Positions 59,269 to 64,000 of a DNA stretch of 64,000 bases are shown piece after piece. A program made the position numbers and the translations under genes. Within the stretch, counting starts at the first letter, position 1. Each line of letters begins with the position of its first letter. Location: positions 1,888,001 through 1,952,000 of the forward strand of contig OY762069.1 in assembly GCA_963665095.1 (NCBI GenBank), written 5' to 3'. Source of the DNA: an uncultured Desulfobacter sp. (GTDB lineage Bacteria; Desulfobacterota; Desulfobacteria; Desulfobacterales; Desulfobacteraceae). The notes beneath the pieces were generated by a model. That model saw nothing but the letters and a program-made list of their open reading frames with translations, was not told where the DNA came from and did not search any database.

Positions 59269-61050
59269 TTAATTGATCCCTTTCTGGGGACACATATCAT
59301 CCTTGCTGATCCCTGCCACCACCACGGGTTTTTTCATGGCATCCCGCCGGAAGGGTTCACCAAGCTCCATGTTGGTCATGACCTCTATAAAGGTTGTCTT
59401 TCCCTCTTCCATCTGACGTTTTACCGCGGCCTGCAGTTCCCTGGTCAACTCATCCATGCTCCAGGCTTTAACGCCTTCAACGCCGCACGCTTTGGCAATT
59501 TCTGAATAGTGGACGTTGCGGTCCAGCTCCGTGCCCACAAAATTATCATCATACCAGAGGGTGGTATTTCTCTTTTCAGCTCCCCAGTGATAGTTGCGGA
59601 AAACGATCATGGTTATGGCGGGCCAGTTGTCACGACCGCAGGCCGTCATTTCGTTCATGGAGATACCAAAAGCCCCGTCACCGGCAAAGCCTACCACAGG
59701 CACGTCAGGCTTGGCGATCTTGGCCCCGAGGATAGAGGGCAGTCCGTAACCGCAGGGCCCGAACATACCCGGTGCCAGATATTTACGCCCTGCTTCAAAT
59801 GACGGATAGGCATTGCCAATGGCGCAGGAGTTGCCGATATCCGAAGAGATAATGGCATCCTTGGGAAGCGCCTTGATAATAGCCCGCCATGCCATCCTGG
59901 AGGTAATTTTCTCAGGGTCGGCGTCCTGAGCCCGCTGGTTCCAGGTGGTGCCGGGATCGTCCTGCTCATGGTCCATGGTTTCAAGTTCAGCAGCCCAGGC
60001 CGCTTTGGTGGATGTAATCAGAGCCACTCTCTCATCTCGGCCTGCGTTACCGGCTGTGTCAGACAACCGGGCCAGAATGCCTTGGGCCACTTTTTTGGCA
60101 TCCCCCACAATGCCCACAGAGACGGGCTTGGTTAACCCGATGCGGTCAGGATTGATGTCAACCTGGATAAGGGCGGCATCTTTGGGCCAGTAATCAATGC
60201 CATAGCCCGGCAGCGTGGAAAAGGGATTGAGCCGGGTGCCCAGGGCCAGGACCACGTCCGCCCTGGAGATCAGTTCCATACCGGCTTTGGAGCCGTTATA
60301 TCCCAAGGGGCCTGCAAATAACGGATGGGAACCCGGGAAGGCGTCATTGTGCTGGTAACCGCAGCACACCGGTGCATCCAGGCGTTCTGCCAGTGCCCTG
60401 GCAGCATCAATGGCAGCACCGATCACCACACCGCCGCCATTTAGAATGACGGGGAACTTGGCATTGGAAAGCAGTTCAGCAGCCTTGGCAACAGCGTCTT
60501 CACCACCTGCAGGCCGTTCAAATTCCACAATGGGGGGCAGTTCAATGTCAATCACCTGGGTCCAGAAATCCCGGGGCACGTTGATCTGGGCAGGGGCGGA
60601 TGCCCGTTTGGCCTGGAGGATCACCCGGTTGAGGACCTCGGCCATGCGCGAGGGGTGCAGCACCTCTTCCTGATATGCCACCATATCTTCAAAAATCGCC
60701 AGCTGGGGCACTTCCTGGAAACCGCCCTGCCCCATGGTCATATTGGCTGCCTGGGGGGTGACCAGAAGCAGAGGGGTGTGATTCCAGTATGCCGTTTTTA
60801 CGCAGGTGACAAAATTGGTGATGCCAGGCCCGTTCTGTGCCACCATCATGGACATTTTGCCAGAAGCCCTGGTATATCCGTCTGCCATGTAACCGGCATT
60901 GCACTCGTGGCCGCAGTCCCAGAACGTAATACCTGCTTTGGGGAAAAGGTCGGAAATGGGCATCATGGCGGAGCCGATAATACCGAATGCATGTTCAATT
61001 CCGTGCATTTGAAGCACTTTGACAAAGGCTTCCTCCGTAGTCATCTTCAT
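59269..61050 (-). CDS. xsc: Sulfoacetaldehyde acetyltransferase (ThDP-dependent)
   Basis: Xsc-typical segments MTTEEAFVKVLQMHGIEHAFGIIGSA, YWNHTP, LGYNGSKA, GDGAFGISMNE, WGAEKRN and ELGEPFRRDAM. Confidence 0.92.
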   Translation of the reverse strand: MKMTTEEAFVKVLQMHGIEHAFGIIGSAMMPISDLFPKAGITFWDCGHECNAGYMADGYTRASGKMSMMVAQNGPGITNFVTCVKTAYWNHTPLLLVTPQAANMTMGQGGFQEVPQLAIFEDMVAYQEEVLHPSRMAEVLNRVILQAKRASAPAQINVPRDFWTQVIDIELPPIVEFERPAGGEDAVAKAAELLSNAKFPVILNGGGVVIGAAIDAARALAERLDAPVCCGYQHNDAFPGSHPLFAGPLGYNGSKAGMELISRADVVLALGTRLNPFSTLPGYGIDYWPKDAALIQVDINPDRIGLTKPVSVGIVGDAKKVAQGILARLSDTAGNAGRDERVALITSTKAAWAAELETMDHEQDDPGTTWNQRAQDADPEKITSRMAWRAIIKALPKDAIISSDIGNSCAIGNAYPSFEAGRKYLAPGMFGPCGYGLPSILGAKIAKPDVPVVGFAGDGAFGISMNEMTACGRDNWPAITMIVFRNYHWGAEKRNTTLWYDDNFVGTELDRNVHYSEIAKACGVEGVKAWSMDELTRELQAAVKRQMEEGKTTFIEVMTNMELGEPFRRDAMKKPVVVAGISKDDMCPQKGIN

Positions 61051-61143
61051 GGGTCTCTCCTTGTATGTTCTGTTTCTCCCGGCAGTTCTCTCAACGCCTG
61101 CCAGAGGCAGGCCTTGGGTTATTCACCACCGGGACACAAGTTT

Positions 61144-61956
61144 TTATTTTTCCAGTTCTGATTTAAACTGTCTGGTCATAATTCGTTCATAAAGGGGTGG
61201 GCAGAGCCTGGAAATCAGGTATCCCGCTTTACCGAAAGAGGTAAAGACCAGCATATCTTTTCCATTGGCTGCGGCCTTATGAATATGCCGGGCCACATAC
61301 TCAGGAGTCTGCTGCTGACCAATACGGCTCTGTTCATGGGTGGCAAGCTTGCCGTCCCCGCCTAGGGCCCGGCTCTGCAGGTTGGTTTTAATAAAGCCGG
61401 GGGCTATGATCATCACATGCACGCCCTTATGCCGAAGTTCGCAGCGAAGGGTGGTAAAAAATCCGTGCATAGCATGCTTGGAAGCGGCATATCCGCAACG
61501 CCCCAAAAGAGGGGAAACACCGGCCACGGATTCATTGGCCACAATAGCACCCCGGGACGCGATGAGATGGGGCAACGCCGCCTTGGTCATGTTTACGGAG
61601 CCAAAAAAATTAACATCCATGACCTTTCTGATCACCTTGACCGCTGTTTTTTCAAACAGGCTTCGCTGGGTAACCCCGGCATTGTTGAACAGGAGATCAA
61701 CAGTGCCAAACCGTTTAACAGCATCATCCACAACACGTTGACATGCCGCTTCATCTGTGACGTCGCATTCCATGGCCAGAAGGGGCCAGTCTCTGACGTC
61801 AAACTCCTGCTGCCGCAGTGCCAGTGCCGGGCCATCCATGTCCACCATCACCACATTGGCCCCTGCGCCGGCAAACTCTTTAGCTGTGGCAAGCCCTATC
61901 CCGGAAGCCCCCCCGGTGATCACCACAGTTTTTTTGTTAAATGTCCGCTCAGGCAT
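61144..61956 (-). CDS. Short-chain dehydrogenase/reductase
   Basis: TGGASGIG, NNAG, YAASK and PG motifs. Confidence 0.92.
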   Translation of the reverse strand: MPERTFNKKTVVITGGASGIGLATAKEFAGAGANVVMVDMDGPALALRQQEFDVRDWPLLAMECDVTDEAACQRVVDDAVKRFGTVDLLFNNAGVTQRSLFEKTAVKVIRKVMDVNFFGSVNMTKAALPHLIASRGAIVANESVAGVSPLLGRCGYAASKHAMHGFFTTLRCELRHKGVHVMIIAPGFIKTNLQSRALGGDGKLATHEQSRIGQQQTPEYVARHIHKAAANGKDMLVFTSFGKAGYLISRLCPPLYERIMTRQFKSELEK

Positions 61957-62878
61957 GGATATCCTCCGGTACAGGGTTCTTTTTTATCTTTGCAAAGAAA
62001 AAGGCTGTGGAAAGTCCGGCAAAGATATGCCAGATACCCCACCAGGCCACCAGAATCGCCATGCCGCCCAGTCCGTCAAAAAAGTTGAAAACCAGAATCA
62101 GGCCCAGGGCCGAGTTCTGGATCCCCACCTCTACACATACGGCCCGGCAGTCAGCCTCTGGCAGGCCAACAATTCTGCCGGCCCAGTATCCGATATTCAG
62201 CGCCAGTGCATTGTGTAAAAATACGGCCAGCACAACCAGACCTACATAGGCCATGAAATTCTGCCAGTTGGCAGCCAGGGCTGCACACACAATAAATACA
62301 AAAAAGACCAAAGAAAAAATTTTAAATGGCTTTCTGACCATATCTGCCAGTCCTGGTTTGTATTTACTTACTGTCATACCGATGGCCAGAGGTATGCCTA
62401 AAATAATAAATACCGTCACAAAAATATCCATCGGGTTGAGGTGCACCTGCTGTAAAATAGGCGCGGTGTCGGGATTAAGTCCGCCCCACAGCGAAATATT
62501 CAAAGGGGTCATAAAAATGGCAAAAACCGTGGATACCGCGGTCATGGAGATGGATACCGCGCAATTACCTTTGGCAAGATATGTGACAATATTGGACAGA
62601 TTTCCCCCGGGACAGGCCGCCACCAGCATCATACCCAAAGCAATGGAAGGGGCTGGACGAAGAATCATGACCAGAAGAAATGTAAAGGCCGGCAAAAGGA
62701 TGAACTGGGCAAAAAGCCCGATGGCAGGCGCTTTGGGGCTTACCACAATCCGTTTAAAATCATCAAAACTTAAATCCAGGGACACGCCGAGCATCATCAG
62801 GCCGATGGCGGCATTAATGATGGCAATCCCTGCGGGGTTGAAATTCAGTCGTACCTGATCAAGTGTTACAGGATCCAT
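61949..62878 (-). CDS. Bile acid:sodium symporter (BASS) family transporter
   Basis: AQFILLP, ACPGGNLSN, S.SMT and EVGIQNS motifs; the stop overlaps the SDR start. Confidence 0.9.
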   Translation of the reverse strand: MDPVTLDQVRLNFNPAGIAIINAAIGLMMLGVSLDLSFDDFKRIVVSPKAPAIGLFAQFILLPAFTFLLVMILRPAPSIALGMMLVAACPGGNLSNIVTYLAKGNCAVSISMTAVSTVFAIFMTPLNISLWGGLNPDTAPILQQVHLNPMDIFVTVFIILGIPLAIGMTVSKYKPGLADMVRKPFKIFSLVFFVFIVCAALAANWQNFMAYVGLVVLAVFLHNALALNIGYWAGRIVGLPEADCRAVCVEVGIQNSALGLILVFNFFDGLGGMAILVAWWGIWHIFAGLSTAFFFAKIKKNPVPEDIHA

Positions 62879-62924
62879 TTTTCACCTTCCCACCCGGTGT
62901 ACAGGGTTTGATAACGGTCAAGGG

Positions 62925-62955
62925 CCTGCCCCCGGCTGGTCACACCGGGGGCAGG
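62925..62955. other. Intercistronic GC-rich hairpin
   Basis: 11-bp stem CCTGCCCCCGG / CCGGGGGCAGG with no clear U-tract on the coding strand. Confidence 0.55.
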
Positions 62956-62974
62956 TCTCAAACAAATAAACGGT

Positions 62975-64000
62975 TCAGGCCTTGTATGCCCCCACATTGG
63001 CAAGGGCCATTGAGCCCGGGCTTACAGTGGTGGGGTCTGTCATGACGTTGATGCAGCACACCTTGCCCGAGGCAAAGGCATCTTCAAGGGCTGCCTTAAT
63101 ATCCTTGGGGTCTTCAACAAAATAGCCCTTGCCGCCAATGGCTTCCACCATCTTGTGGTAATCAACCCGACCGATATACGTGCCTTCGGGAATGGCATGT
63201 CCAATGCGAATTTCCTGGGAATGGCGGATCATGCCCCAGCCAAGATCATTGGCAATCACCACAACGATGGGCAGATTTTTACGAATGGCATTTTCAAATT
63301 CCATGAAATTAAAGCCTACAGATCCGTCGCCAGTGAGCAGGAGCACACGCTTATCAGGATTGAGCAGTTTGGCGGCATTGGCATAGGGCAGTCCCACGGC
63401 AAGGGATCCGAAAATCCCGTAATCCAGATAGTTGCCGGCTGTTTTCATAGTGCGGGTCATGCCAAGCCAGGTGGTGGTGTCTCCGCCGTCTGCCACCACG
63501 ATATCATCTTCACGGTCCATGAATTCATTGACTTCCCTGGCCAGCCGCATGGGATGAACAGGAATGTTCTCAGATCCCCAGTCGTTGGCTGACATGGCTT
63601 TTCCATCTTCATGGGCTTTTACCAGTTTTTCCACCCAGGGGGTAAATTTCTCTTTGAATCCTCTGCTGTCCTTTTCCAGAAGCCGGTTGCACGCCACAAG
63701 AAACCCTTTGACATCCGATACCACGGGCAGATCCACGGTCCTGTTGCGGCCGATTTCATCGGGCTGGATATCCACCTGGGCAATTTTGGCTGCCGGGTTA
63801 AATACGTCGCCAAACAGGTAATACAGGCAAATCCGGGAACCAAGAATGATCACCAGATCTGTTTCTATGTATGCGGCAAATCCGCTTCCGGGCCGAATAG
63901 CAAGGGACCCTTCAAAACACAGGGGATGGTCGTCAGACACCAGCCCTCTTCCGGACAGATTGGTGTAAAGGGGGATGCCGGCTGTTTCGATAAAGGTTTT
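62975..64000 (-). CDS. ThDP-binding enzyme (acetolactate synthase-like / 2-hydroxyacyl-CoA lyase-like), 5' end outside the window
   Basis: Frame open to base 64000; DGGD and the GDGS...N ThDP motif; QVDI...EIGRN. Confidence 0.85.
   Translation of the reverse strand, partial: KTFIETAGIPLYTNLSGRGLVSDDHPLCFEGSLAIRPGSGFAAYIETDLVIILGSRICLYYLFGDVFNPAAKIAQVDIQPDEIGRNRTVDLPVVSDVKGFLVACNRLLEKDSRGFKEKFTPWVEKLVKAHEDGKAMSANDWGSENIPVHPMRLAREVNEFMDREDDIVVADGGDTTTWLGMTRTMKTAGNYLDYGIFGSLAVGLPYANAAKLLNPDKRVLLLTGDGSVGFNFMEFENAIRKNLPIVVVIANDLGWGMIRHSQEIRIGHAIPEGTYIGRVDYHKMVEAIGGKGYFVEDPKDIKAALEDAFASGKVCCINVMTDPTTVSPGSMALANVGAYKA

Noticed and set aside
61070..61140. Hairpins between the SDR and xsc as a riboswitch
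   Set aside because: Only short GC stems are present, with no known aptamer features; most likely an mRNA stability element.

Overview
A 64-kb, roughly 50% GC chromosomal window. Gene content and style suggest an anaerobic deltaproteobacterium (Desulfobacterota, Desulfobacter-like); this is inferred, not shown directly. It is mostly core genome: leuA (partial), lepA, nadC, valS, tRNA-Leu(CAG), ribF-def-fmt-rsmB-rpe, sigma54-driven glnK-amtB, rsmE, prfC and a sirtuin. Accessory modules include phoA+YibE/F, a multiply broken pldA-like pseudogene beside the tRNA, a TetR-linked 2-hydroxyacyl-CoA dehydratase/reductase triad, c-di-GMP signalling proteins, a Csd4/Pgp1-like M99 carboxypeptidase, a tetraheme cytochrome c + heme-c MCP pair, a TonB receptor/FmdE-like/flavin reductase unit behind a leader terminator, and a ThDP enzyme-BASS transporter-SDR-xsc cluster. 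No CRISPR array, rRNA, transposase or integrase was seen, but there are two tiny MITE-like elements. The best novelty candidates are a receiver-less PopZ/RomR-like acidic protein directly upstream of valS, the xsc-based organosulfonate cluster, a sigma54/enhancer-controlled minimal PEP-CTERM-like peptide, the TonB/FmdE unit, and an HDOD-GAF protein with degenerate GGDEF and PilZ domains. All functional calls come from motif recognition by eye; no database searches were run.
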